A DNA stretch of 64,000 nt, taken from contig CAYNAR010000004.1 in the NCBI GenBank assembly GCA_964395625.1, positions 8,310 to 72,309 on the forward strand. Direction: 5' to 3'. The translations under genes were made by a program, and so were the position numbers. A model generated the notes under the pieces. The model was not told the DNA's origin. It saw only the letters and a list, made by a program, of their open reading frames with translations, and did not search any database. Below are positions 18,601 to 30,500 of the stretch, piece after piece (positions within the stretch are counted from its first letter, which is position 1; every line of letters begins with the position of its first letter). The stretch comes from an uncultured Gammaproteobacteria bacterium. Lineage in GTDB: Bacteria > Patescibacteriota > Patescibacteriia > Patescibacteriales > WJLG01.

Positions 18601-21497
18601 CTCCGGCGATTCCTGTCTCCTTCGCCTCGACTGGTTTTGTTTTGCCTATCGACAGAAGTACCGAGATATTCAATTTTATGCCGATTAAGGGGAACTCCAC
18701 CATCGCTTTGCGTGATGGCGCGACGGAGGAGTGGCGTGGTACCGTATTAGATAAACATTCAAGGACGGTCATCAATGACATAGCTACTGGGTCTTTGGCC
18801 ATCGTTTCTTCCACGGCACCGATTCTAGCTTCCTTGGTGACTAATTATCCAGGTGATGGCATGATTTTCTATCCACCGAGTGCGGACGATCTTTATGGTG
18901 TCAAATCGCAATACAATGTCATTTCCGCCATGACTTCGGCTTCTTTCGATATCCTTTGTTCATCTAGGTCTTCATCTTCCGTCTCGTCCTTAGCCGCTGG
19001 AGCTAGACAGAATAATACTGTTTGTTCCGGTGCTTTTGAGGGTTCCGGCGATGCTGTCCGCTTGGACGTCAAGACCGGCTCACTCGCTTCCGTGCAAGTT
19101 GACGATAGTGATGGTCGTCAATCCACGATATTCTTACCGATAAAGGAGATGGGGGCGGAGTATATGCTTCCGACTAATGCCGCCTATATCGCAACAGTTT
19201 GTCCACCGGAGAATGGCTCCATAGTGCTAGCTATCTATGATCAGGATAATATTTTCGTCGCCAGCTCTACTTGTACGCCCGGGAGCAATCGTTATCCTGG
19301 AAAGCTTCGTTTTGGCGCCGACGATGCTTACACCTATGCCGCTGGAACCAGAATAGTGTCAACAGGCGGTAGGCCTTTTTATGCCTATTATGAGGATATC
19401 GAAGCTACTGGCGAGGCTGGCGGCGATGAAACTAACCTTTGGGGTGGAGTGCAGGGCAAGAAATATACCGCGACCGCCGTAGCCTTATCACTTGGAACTC
19501 ATGAAATCAAAGGTCCTCCGACCGGCTTGATCAATAGTGCGGTCAAGGCCGGCAATGGTACCGGTAGAATAAATCTATCATTGGAGATTGATGATCCGAC
19601 TAATGATGATTCTCGCGCCAAGCTGGAGTACTATAGAGACAGTCTTTGTCGTGGCACGGCCTATGATGTGACTTTATCGATTGCTGACGCCTCCACTACC
19701 GCCGATTTCGGTGACCCGAAAATTTATAACGAAGAAGACTATCAAATCGGTTCGTCGACCGGCTGGATAAAGACCGCTTCCGGATCCAACACCGTCTTCA
19801 CTTCCTGGGATTCTAAACAAGATGTCATAGCCACGAGCGGGGAGTATTGTCTGAAATTGACCGCTAACGACCAATTAAACGATCAACTCGCGGCCGCCAC
19901 GACTTCTTTGGTGGTGGATAATTTGGAACCGACCATTCCGGGTGCCTTGTCTATGCAAAGAAAGACCGGCTCATCCATAACCATCGCTTTCGGAGCTACG
20001 ACGTCTGATAGTTATTTTAGGCAGTATAAGATTTATTACAAAGTTTACGATGGGACGCCAGCCGACGAGGGGGATAGCATTTGGGCATCTTCTTCTGATG
20101 CCGATCTTGGCAATATCGATTTTAACCATACCGCCACGACGACTATTACTGGATTAACCGCTGGGCTAACCTATAGTTTTAATATTTTCGCCTATGATAT
20201 CGGTGGTAATCGTTCCAGCTCCACACCTGTCAGTATAACCGCCAACGACAGTCCGACTGCTTATTTTAATTCGGTTCAGCAAAAGATCGATGGTAGCGGA
20301 GCGGTCGATATTTCCATCGAGGTCGATGATCTCAACAATGACAATACTGTGCGTGCTCGTTTGGATTATACGTCTTACTTCGGCGGTCATTGCGATTTCT
20401 CTTCTCCTCTTGATCCGACCATCGATTCGTCGAATGTGACTTCCGATTTCGGCGTAGTTCATATCGATAATAACGAGACTTATCAGATCGGTACGACGTC
20501 TTATTTTATCTTCACTTCATCTCCTGGCGCCAACACCGTCGATTTCGATTGGCTCTCCAAAACGGACGTCGGCATAGCTACCGGTACTTATTGTCTAAGA
20601 TTGACCGCTAACGATGGCATAGACGATCAATTAGTTTTAGCTACGACCTCTTTGTTTATTGATAATGTTCCACCTAATCCTTCCGGCGCTTTGACTATAA
20701 TCGATACCACCTATGACACTATTCGTCTTGGATTGCCTCATACTCAGCGCGCTACCGATGACGATGAGCCGAGCTCCAATGCTTATAGGGCTTTCTATAG
20801 AGTCGGTATCTCTGGCGTCGTCGAGACCGACCAGGAGCATGATGGGGTGTTCTTCGACTCTTATGATTTTAGTGGTGCGACATCCACTTTGGTCACAGGA
20901 CTTTCTTCCAATGTCTCTTATGTCTTTAATATTTGGGCCTACGATGCTTATGGTAATAAAGCCTCTTCGAGCGAGGTTTACGGATCGACCGATGGAGTCG
21001 TTACCAATAAAGGATTGTCATTCGTCGACGCTCAGAGTAATGGCGCATCGACAAGCGTGGCCGTTGCCGACGGGGTCGGTGTTTCCACCTTCCGCGCCCA
21101 TGTTCAGAATAGTAACGGTTGGGGAGCTTTAGATTATGTCATTTTAAGATTGGCGGATGCCAGCGATAATTCCTCGCCTTTTGACGATTTAGCTTTTAAA
21201 TGGGATAGGGCGGGCGATGAGTTTACGGAAGTCGGTTCGGACGTTTTTAATTCGGCGTCTATTTCATCGCTTAGTAATTCGGATTGTGCGGATGGAACTT
21301 GTTATTTGTATTTCAGGGTGGTTTTCAATAAGAGCTTCGTCGCCACATCGACAATGTATTCCGCGGAACTTTATTCTTCGGATACTGATGTTCCGGCCAA
21401 TACTGATCATAATGTCTATAATAATGTGTTTCAAGTTAAGAAGAATTGGTTGGATCAGATCCATTATCGTTGGCGAAATGATGATGGCGGAGGATAG
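15675..21497 (+). CDS. Giant surface protein 1 (1,940 aa): N-terminal TM anchor, acidic/Ser-rich spacer, DUF2341 domain, two [beta-sandwich + FN3-like] modules
   Basis: TM 'WSPVLFVAFALMASVVL'. Low-complexity region at ~16.1-17.05 kb. DUF2341-like 'WNFRMPVILNN...DGSDIRFLDG...FWVQIPS...KIYVYYGN' at ~18.05-18.35 kb. Modules with 'GDPKIYNEEDYQIGSSTGW' and 'FNIFAYDIGGN'/'FNIWAYDAYGNK' at ~19.5-21.0 kb, shared with ORF2. Confidence 0.85.
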   Translation: MYMTDKKKVAKGNGERPMIFDISPGKGGRGVCNLKKDNGVCADKTNDVKKSFFYRWSPVLFVAFALMASVVLRQAFSAFDHKIATVEFFANSVHADKVGGWDSIEKALGESELSASAANSEFSSQNSAVYRGGSYSVVADSFTTREFIDLNNSSSVSLSNEFVSSNEGGLGVVGDVVVVEEVTGNGTTTDDVVGEKVVQDIVISTGTSTEIVDIATGSEAIAPVEVQEDGVSTEQSQVGSSTGTSTEDVSLSDGVLGQLAKSLKMKTASAAENDDLILSDDRDTILGRFVSARIKISLASLQEVYQDNNQENIQNTESENKSVVSSSSENFSVQQGEIVEATSSISESSSAVPSNQDSGSDDDTQSSNSTSDATASGSENESVSSKQDDVESSIESVVYTVPSADENSSTDEAVVESSVEQSVEPSVEQAPTVESSNESSGEPVSLLNRLLSPFLVRQAKADADAKVVIWYSVSSSTENAVWQELYTVSSADLSNADNGGYLIFTAPLVSSWGDIDNLKIKFEGRANQGEGFVFYLDAVWVDVDYEPASDEEPVEATSTDKNVIEVDGQRIAMEYTDENSDENLIIRTDKKNYFGLSNAEVYFSVENVGVRDEDIDLQFYFPSATSGVVKLEKLIKNSPYIAQVPKMEPAVFECANGWDSRDGYYECYPNGSRKACDQVSPNRRYCRIDEYQSGFRNEVRFRNRWSGVDLSNYPIYNEKNFISRLLALGPQEKDVPENLTVDKSTLDSIDRLAPGEIRYYKASIYFAPNSEGEFYIEAFGSSDGYGLLDPWWNSGWNFRMPVILNNTAGSETLVDHQIYLQISSTSANFWRNIKSDGSDIRFLDGTETVELDFWMQSFDHTASSASFWVQIPSVAAASSTKIYVYYGNSSANSASSQYSPFTYSSVQDLYHVVSIATSASIEVVSLINGNVVQVDGGASVNLDRQGRTSFSSYTASSTIKARGPIGIKVSGGPATAPAIPVSFASTGFVLPIDRSTEIFNFMPIKGNSTIALRDGATEEWRGTVLDKHSRTVINDIATGSLAIVSSTAPILASLVTNYPGDGMIFYPPSADDLYGVKSQYNVISAMTSASFDILCSSRSSSSVSSLAAGARQNNTVCSGAFEGSGDAVRLDVKTGSLASVQVDDSDGRQSTIFLPIKEMGAEYMLPTNAAYIATVCPPENGSIVLAIYDQDNIFVASSTCTPGSNRYPGKLRFGADDAYTYAAGTRIVSTGGRPFYAYYEDIEATGEAGGDETNLWGGVQGKKYTATAVALSLGTHEIKGPPTGLINSAVKAGNGTGRINLSLEIDDPTNDDSRAKLEYYRDSLCRGTAYDVTLSIADASTTADFGDPKIYNEEDYQIGSSTGWIKTASGSNTVFTSWDSKQDVIATSGEYCLKLTANDQLNDQLAAATTSLVVDNLEPTIPGALSMQRKTGSSITIAFGATTSDSYFRQYKIYYKVYDGTPADEGDSIWASSSDADLGNIDFNHTATTTITGLTAGLTYSFNIFAYDIGGNRSSSTPVSITANDSPTAYFNSVQQKIDGSGAVDISIEVDDLNNDNTVRARLDYTSYFGGHCDFSSPLDPTIDSSNVTSDFGVVHIDNNETYQIGTTSYFIFTSSPGANTVDFDWLSKTDVGIATGTYCLRLTANDGIDDQLVLATTSLFIDNVPPNPSGALTIIDTTYDTIRLGLPHTQRATDDDEPSSNAYRAFYRVGISGVVETDQEHDGVFFDSYDFSGATSTLVTGLSSNVSYVFNIWAYDAYGNKASSSEVYGSTDGVVTNKGLSFVDAQSNGASTSVAVADGVGVSTFRAHVQNSNGWGALDYVILRLADASDNSSPFDDLAFKWDRAGDEFTEVGSDVFNSASISSLSNSDCADGTCYLYFRVVFNKSFVATSTMYSAELYSSDTDVPANTDHNVYNNVFQVKKNWLDQIHYRWRNDDGGG

Positions 21498-21560
21498 ATC
21501 GAAAATTATAAATTATGAATTATAAATTGGCAGTTTGAAGGAGAAGGGGAGAATTAATCA

Positions 21561-24500
21561 ATGTTCAAAAATTTAATCAATAGAAATAAGAAGGTTTTTT
21601 GGGCAGGAGTTGTCTTGGCTACGTTTTTGTTATTGGTTGGAGCCATAAAGGTGTTAGCCGATTTACCTACTAATCCGTCCAGTTTAGCCCAGTACGGTGC
21701 TGCTACTACGACCGGTTCTAATTTTCCTAACGGCTACTGGTCTAACAATTCGCAGGTTAATCTATTCGCCACCTCTTCGGAATTGGAGAAGCGCGGTATT
21801 AGTTTGTATTATCAATTCGTCACCAATGCCACTTCATTTAATACTTCCACTGATTGGCCGGCCAGTTCATGTGATAGCGCTACGGCTTATGGTTCTTGTT
21901 CTTCTTATATTTGGAGAAATCATTTAGCGTCTTCTACTAGGTGGTATGACATCACTTACAGATATCGTACTCGTATCACCGCTAAAGATACTACGGTTGA
22001 TGCCGATCTTACTAATTTCCCGGCCTATGTCAATCTGGCTAATCTTGGTGTAAATCATTCTTTTTGGACTAATGTTAGGACTACCGGTGGAGATATTTTG
22101 ATAACTAATAATGACGGAACTCGTATGCCGGTCGAGGTGGTTTCCATAAATACGACAGGGAGAACCGGTGAAGTTTATTTTAGAGCGGATTTGTTAGAAA
22201 ATTCCACTAGCACTTATTTTTGGATATATTACGGCTCTTCTACTGCCACTCAGCCGGCTTCAACTACCACCTACGGTGCGCGTAATGTTTGGTCTAATGG
22301 TTATCGCGGTGTTTGGCATTTGAATCAAACCGCAGGAGCTAGGGATTCTACTAGTTATGGGCATAATAGCGCTTCTGTCGGTGGAACACCGACTTTTGGC
22401 GCTGCCGGAAAGCTCGGCACCGCGGTGACCTTTAACGGCACTAGTCGTATCTTGGTCGCGACTAGCAATAACTTGGAGCCGGCTAGAGCCCCGGTTTTTT
22501 CCGCATGGGTCAATCGCACCGCGACGCAGAACAGCTATGCTAAGCCTTTTTGGTATGGTACTAACAACACCTCCCCTTATCCGGCTTATGGTTGTGAATT
22601 TAATAATACTTCTGATTCTAACATAGGCCCCTCGATTACTGCTGGTAATGCCAAGAGATCTGTTACGGCTATAACCATACCGGTTACGACTTGGACTTAT
22701 TTGGTCGGTTCCTATGATGGCTTGGTGTTGCGTTCGTATGTGAACGGAGTGGAGCGCGCCTCTACTTCTTATACGGGCGTGATGTCTAACTATGATAATA
22801 CCAATGGTCTTGGTATTGGTGATAGATATCAGACCGGCCAGGGCTTCACCGGTTCTGTCGATGAATTGCGTATCGCGTCTACAACTCGTACTCGCGGCTG
22901 GATAACTACCGAGTATACGAACATGAATTCGCCGCAGACCTTTTGGGCGACTTCGACGCAGTGGGAATATATACATCCGGCCGACCATATCAAAATCCCT
23001 TCCGTGCCGGATGGCGATTATAAATGGCAAGTTTTAGCAAGATCGGTCGATGGTCCGTCGGCTTGGGTGGTTTTCAACGCTTCAACCCCTAATATAAGAA
23101 TCGATACTGTGGCTCCGACCACTCCTGGAGTATTGGTGCCTTCGGCATCCTCTTCCAATACCATCACTTTGAATTTCCCGACCGCCGTCACAGAAACTAA
23201 TTTCCAGGAGTATAAAATTTTCTATCGTGTCGGAACGACCACTAAGCCCGATGAGACTAATTCTGTCTGGAGCTCTTCTTCTGATGCCGATCTTTCTTCG
23301 CGTACTTATAATGCGACTACAAACACGACTGTTACTGGCTTGGCTACCGGCACGGCTTATGCTTTTAATATTTGGGCCTACGATTTGGCCGGTAACAAAG
23401 CCAGCTCGACCTATATTTGGGAGCGCACCAATCGTCCGCCGGTCGGATTCTTCAATTCGGCAGTTCAGCGTTCCGATGGCACAGGACGAGTCGATGTTTC
23501 GATCGATGTCTACGACCACGACTGGGAGAATCAGGTCCGCACTAGAATAGATTATTTTTCCGACACGCTTTGTCGTGGCACGCCTAATAAGGCGACCATC
23601 GATTCCACGGATGCCAATACCACATCCGATTTTGGCGACCCCAAGATTGATAATGACGAATATTATCAAATCGGTTCTTCGACTGGCTACATCCTGACAT
23701 CTTCCGGCTATAATACGGTTAATTTCGATTGGTTATCGCAAGCCAACTTGCCATCCGGAAATGGTACTTATTGTTTGCGCGCTGTCGCGGTTGATAATAG
23801 AGGAGCTATTAGAACCATTGCTACAACCACCCTGACTATCGATAATTTACCTCCGTCAACACCTAATGTTTTAGTTCCGACAGCTTCCTCGACTAATTCT
23901 ATCACCTTGAATTTCCCTACCGCGGTTACGGAAACCAATTTCCAAGAATATAAGATTTTTTATCGTGTCGGAACGACGACGAAGCCGGATGAGACAAATT
24001 CTCTTTGGGGGTCATCTTCTGATGCCGACCTTTCTTCTCGCACCTATAATGCGACAACCAATACTGTCGTTACAGGTCTAGCCACGAGCACTGCCTACGC
24101 TTTCAACATTTGGGCTTATGATAATTATGGCAATAAGGCCAGTTCCACTTTTATTTGGGAGCGCACCAATCGTCCGCCGCTTGGTTTTTTTAATTCGGCC
24201 GCAGAAAGGACCGATGGTACCGGACGCATCGATTTGTCGGTAGATTTCTATGATCATGATGGCGAGAATCAGGTTCGTGCCAGAATCGACTATTTCTCCG
24301 ATACGCTTTGTCATGGCGCGCCGAATAAGGCCACGATAGACATTGTCGATGCTAACACAACGGCTGATTTTGGTGACCCAAAGACTGATAATAGCGAGTA
24401 TTATCAAATCGGTTCTTCGACCGGGTATATCTTGACCTCTTCCGGTTATAATACTGTGAACTTCGACTGGATGTCGCAATCCGATATCCCCAATGTTACC

Positions 24501-27500
24501 GGCACTTATTGTTTACGTGTGACAGCGATCGATAATCGTAGCACTTCGGCCACGATAGCCACTACGACTTTGTATATAGACAACTTGGCTCCTACGTCTC
24601 CGGGAAATTTGACATTGGGCGGTCGGACGATAAATTCCATCACTACGACTTTCGGTTCGGCTTCTACGGAGACCAACTTTGCCGAATATAAGATTTTCTA
24701 CAAAGCTGGCTCTGGTGTGACAGAGAATGATTCTCTTTGGGGTTCATCTTCGGATGCCGACCTTTCCTCGCGCACTTATAACGCAACCGCTGATACGACG
24801 ATTTCTCCGTTGACGATTTCAACGCAATATTATTTCAATATCTGGGCTTACGATCTTTATGGTAATAAATCCAATGCCGCTGAATTATCGGTAAGTACTA
24901 AGAGTTTCCCGGCAAATGCCACATCTCTCAATCAGTATACTTTTTCGACGAGCACGGCAATTGTCAATGGTTCTTGGTATGCTTTCCGAGACATGAACCT
25001 ATATGCCACCGGCACCGATCCGGATTCTGATAATATCACTTTGTATTATCAGTTAATAGACAATTCTTCCTCATTTGTTTCCGCCACATCCACTCCGGTT
25101 AGTCCATGCTTGGATGGGGCATCTTTTAGCGGCTGTACAAACAAGATTTGGACCAACTCCGGAAATGTTAAATATGTTACGGTTTCCAATATTCCAGACG
25201 GGGATTATAAATGGAGTGTTTTGTCTTGCGATACTGATGGTTGCGCGGATATTTGGACACCTTTCAATGTCACAATCCCTAATTTCAGGCTTGATGCCAC
25301 GGCCCCTGCTAGTTTGAATGGATTAGTCTCCTATGCTTCGTCAACGATAGCAATGGAAATTCTATTCCCATCTGCTGTCACGGAAAATAATTTTGCCGAA
25401 TACAAAATTTATTACCACACTGGCTCTTCGACTCCGGTTTTGGAAACCAATTCCACTCTTTGGAGTTCGTCTTCTGACGCTAATCTGTCCAGTCGAACGT
25501 TTAATGGCGCCGCTTCTACTACCATAACCGGGTTAACTGATAATACTTGGTATAGCTTCGCCATCTATGCTTACGATTTGGCTGGTAATAAGGCTAGTTC
25601 TACAGTGATGTATGATAATACCAAGAAAAAGGAACCGCCATTGGCAGTTTTTAATTCTGCAACCGAGAGAACCGATGGCAGTGGAGTCGTCGATATTTCT
25701 ATCGATTTCAGCGACCCGAATGGAGATGAGGTGGTCAGAGCATATTTAGGTTATGATGATGTCGGTTGTCATGGAATCGACGCCAAAGCTTTCATTAGTT
25801 CTGTCGATGGCGATACTACGGCTGATTTTAGCGACCCCAAGATCGACAACGACGAGTCTTATCAAATCGGTTCCTCTACCGGTTGGATTACTACCTACTA
25901 TGGTCCTAATACTGTTAATTTTGATTGGTTGTCCAAAAGCAATCTTCCTTCTGGCACCGGCAATTATTGCTTGAAGGTCGTGGTCTATGATGGCGAGTTG
26001 TCCTACACCGCTACGACATCTGTTTATGTAGATAACTCTTTAACTAGTCTTCCTGGTAATTTAACTCTTTGGGGTAGGGAAACTGATTCTATCACCTTGA
26101 ATTTCGGTGCGGCGACTAATGATGTCGATTTCTCCGAGTATAAGATTTTTTATAAAATAGGCGCCTCTGGCGTGACGGAAGGGGATAGTCTTTGGGGTTC
26201 TTCTTCGGATGCGCACTTGGCTAGTGTTGATTATGGAGGTTTCGGATCCACTACGATAACTGGTCTTTTGAGCGGTACGAGGTATGTGTTCAATATTTGG
26301 GCTTATGATGCTTATAGTAATAAAGCCTCGGCTACGACCGAGTTCTCCGTTTTCACCAGATCTTTGCCGATTTTGCCGTCTTCTTTGGCGCAATACGGTC
26401 GCTCCACGACGACAGCGTTATCGAATGTGGCCTGGATAAACTATGGCGAAGCCAATTTTTACGCCACCAGTTCCAATTTCGAAGGGATACCGATAACTTT
26501 GTATTATGAATTCATCGCCAACGCTTCGTCTTTTACGACGGCGACTTCGGTGCCGCCTTCGGTTTGTTCCAACACTACGGCTTTCAATTCTTGCTCCTCT
26601 AAGATATGGAGCAATGAAGTGAATGTTGAATATATAAAGATACTATCCATTCCCGACGGTTCTTATAAGTGGCAAGTTATGGCTTGCGATGATAATGGTT
26701 GTAGCGATTGGCGGGCATACAATCAGTCGACTCCCAACTTGCGCGTAGATGGAACCAATCCGACGGCTCCAGGCGTTTTGACTCCGGTCGCGTCATCTTC
26801 TTTTTCAGTCACCTTATCGTATGGTTCTCAATCGGTAGAGAGTAATTTTCAAGAATATAAGATATACTATCACACCGGATCGTCGACGGCGGTGCTGGAA
26901 ACCAATTCCACTCTTTTTGGTTCTTCTTCGGATGCTAATTTGGCCTTGATTAATTATGGCGGTTATCCCACGACGAATATTACTGGGTTGGATACTGATA
27001 CTTGGTATAGTTTTGCTATTTATGTCTATGATTTTGCCGGTAATAAAGCCAGTTCGACGGTTACTTATGAAAGGACTAAATTGAACCAGGCGCCGACCAT
27101 CGTTTTAAATTCTGCCGGAGAAAAAGTTGACGGTAGCGGAGCTGTCGATGTTTCCGTTGAGATGGACGATCCTAATAACGACGATACATTAAGAGCACTT
27201 CTAGAATATGACAGTGATATTTTGTGTCATGGTTCTGCCGGAAAAGGCTCTATAGATTCGACGGATGCCAATACCGCAGCCGATTTTGGCGACCCAAAAG
27301 TCGACAATGACGAGGCTTATCCGATTGGTTCGTCGACTGGATATATTTTAACATCACAAGGTTCCAACACGGTGAATTTCGATTGGCTCTCTAAAAACGA
27401 TTTACCTTCCGGTAATGGTGCTTATTGTATAAGGGTTACTGTTTTCGATGGCGACGCTACTGCTATCGCTACAACAACTATAGCGATTGATAACGTCGCT

Positions 27501-30500
27501 CCAACAGCGCCCGGTAATCTAACGGTTGGTCAAAGAGCGTTCAGTTCAATAACTTTAAACTTCGGTTCCCAGTCCACCGAGACTAACTTTGCCGAGTATA
27601 AAATATTTTATAGATTGGGTAATTCCGGTGTCACGGAAGGGGATAGTATGCTTGGTTCTTCATCTGACTCAGATCTTTCTTCTCGTACTTTTAATTCCAC
27701 AACCAATACCACTATCTCCGGCTTGGTTAGTGGTTCTAATTACGTTTTTAATATTTGGGCTTATGATAATTACGGCAACAAGTCTTATGCGGCTGGGGAA
27801 TTATTGACTTCGACTATTGGTTGGCCGTCTGAGCCTTTTTCGTTGAATCAATACGGTGTTTCAACATCGACTTTGCTTTCGAACGGCCTTTGGTATAATC
27901 AGAGCACGATCAATCTTTACGCCACTTCCTCTGATACTAACGACGATTACAGGGTTGTTTATTACGAGTTCATTTCTAATGGAAGCACCTTTACTAGTGC
28001 TACTACCACTCCAGCTTCTTTTTGCTTCGATGGAACGGCTTTTAATTCATGCTCCAGCAAAATATGGGGTAAAGACGTTTATTCTTGGTATGATAGAGAT
28101 TATTCATATCGAACAAAGATTACTGCCAATGCTACTTATGTCGATGGTGATTTGGTTGATTTTCCTGTATATCTAAGTCTTTCGACTTTAGGCGTTAATC
28201 ACCCGATTTGGTCGAAGATGAGGTCGACTGGCGGTGATTTATTAATCACTAACTCATCCGGTGTTCGTTTACCGATAGAAATTGTCTCTGTATCCACGAC
28301 CAACAAGACCGGTGAGGTATTCTTTAAGGCTGATCTTTTAGAGAATTCCACATCGACCGATTTTTATCTATATTATGGATCATCTACCGCATCTCAACCG
28401 GCGTCCACTACGACATATGGTTCTCGCAATGTTTGGTCTAACGAATATGCCGCGGTTTGGCATTTAGGTAGTAGTTTGACGGATTCGGTAAATGGCATAG
28501 TCGGAACCAACAACGGTGCGACCGTTAACACTACTGTGACCAAGATCGGAGACAGTTCTATGCTTTTTGTTTCGGCCAGTGCACAGTATATAAATTTCGG
28601 CAACCCGACAGCTATCAATATTAGCGGTAATAGGCCGATAACGATACAGGGTTGGGTTAGGTATGTTTCCTTAGCGGCCGCTTACCAAGATTGGTTCACA
28701 AAGGGCGATACTCAATATTTGTTCCAAAAAAGCAATGCTAATCCAGGAACAAATGGAACCTGTATCTACGATGGTGGTTGGAAGTGTGTTCGTGCGGCCA
28801 ATGCGATGATTAATCGTTGGTATTATCAAGCAACTACCTATACCGGCGTAAATGGCGGACCGGTTACTCTTTATATAGACGGAGTCGCCAGCGGCACACC
28901 TACTACCGCCACACAAATCAGCGCCTCCACTTATAATCTTTATGTCGGCGGAAATTCCCAAAACGCTGGTCGTAATTTAAATGGTTATGCCGATGAAATA
29001 AGAATATCGTCCACGTCACGTTCTTCGACTTGGATATCCACGGAGTATAATAATCAGAATTCGCCGGCGACTTTCTTTTCGACTAGTACCGAACAGGATA
29101 TTTTTGTCGCTAAATATTTTACCATCCCTTCTTTGCCGGATTCTTCTTCTGGTTACAAATGGAGAGCAATGTCTTGCGATTATAGTGGCTGTAGCGATTG
29201 GGTGTCTTATAATGTCTCCACACCGAATGTTTATATTGATACGGTGAATCCGACCAATCCAGGAGTTCTTTCTCCTTCGGCATCTTCGACTAATTCTATT
29301 ACCTTGAATTTCCCAGCCGCTGTGACAGAGGCTAACTTTGCCGAGTACAAGATATTCTATCGTGTCGGAACCACGACTAAGCCGGATGAGACCAATTTTG
29401 TATGGAGCTCTTCTTCTGATGCCGATCTTTCTTCTAGGACTTTTAATTCGACTGCTGGTACAGACATTGCCGGGCTTGCTACCGGAACTTCTTATGCCTT
29501 CAATATTTGGGCTTACGACTTGGCCGGCAACAAGGCCAGTTCTACATATATATATGAAAGGACTGATCGCTTGCCTTCCGGTTCCTTCGCCTCGGCCGCC
29601 AAAAGAATTGATGATACTGGCAGTGTCAGGGTGAATGTGATAGCTGATGATAGTGACGGTGACGGACTTGTCGGCCGGGTTGATTATTTTTCCGATAATC
29701 TTTGTCATGGTTCTCCGAATAAGGCTACTTTAGATACAACTGATGCTTCGACGACTGCCGTTTCCGGTGATCCAAAGATAGATAATGACGAGTACTATCA
29801 AATAGGTTCTTCGACCGGCTATATACTGACATCTTCTGGTCAAAATAGTGTAGTATTCAATTGGCTTTCCAAGACCGATTTGCCTTCGGCTAATGGCACT
29901 TATTGCTTGCGTTTAACTCTTAATGATCGCCGCGGAGGAATAAAGACGGTGGCTACTACGACATTGTCTATTGATAATGTTCCGCCAGTAGTTTCTTCTG
30001 TCTATATAGCCAACGGAACGCATAAGATAGGTTCGGCCATAACCATAACCATAAATGCTGATGCTGCTGGTTATTCTTTGGGTAATTCTTCGACGGTCAA
30101 TGGCAAGTCTTTGTCTAATTTTGTCGACCTTGGCAATAATTCTTACACGGTTGTTTATACCGTCGTTGAAGGTGATACTGATCGTGCGGCCGGTATGATG
30201 CCGATAAATATTGTTTTGGCGGATAGTAGTGGCAATTTGAATTTGGCTTTCACTTCACCTTCGGCTAATACGGCTTCCGTTGATGCTACTCGTCCAACTA
30301 TCTCTTCGACATCATTCAATCCTTCCTCCGGTATTGTGAGAATTGGTTATGTGGCTACTTCTACTATAACTGCCGGTGGCAATGAAATCGGTTTAACGGC
30401 TTCCACTACCGCTTTTACCATCAATGGTAAAAACGTATCAGCTTCTTTCGTGTCATTGGGTGGTGGTCAGTATCGTGTTGCCTATACCGTTGTCGAGGGC

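Noticed and set aside
22260-23030. Minus-strand ORFs inside the giant genes, such as 22260..23030, 23082..23669, 29016..29708, 36198..36845 and 17094..17750
   Set aside because: All are antisense to an uninterrupted, domain-rich sense frame. Their translations are Arg/Ile/Ser-rich with no recognisable motifs. These are typical shadow ORFs of long genes.
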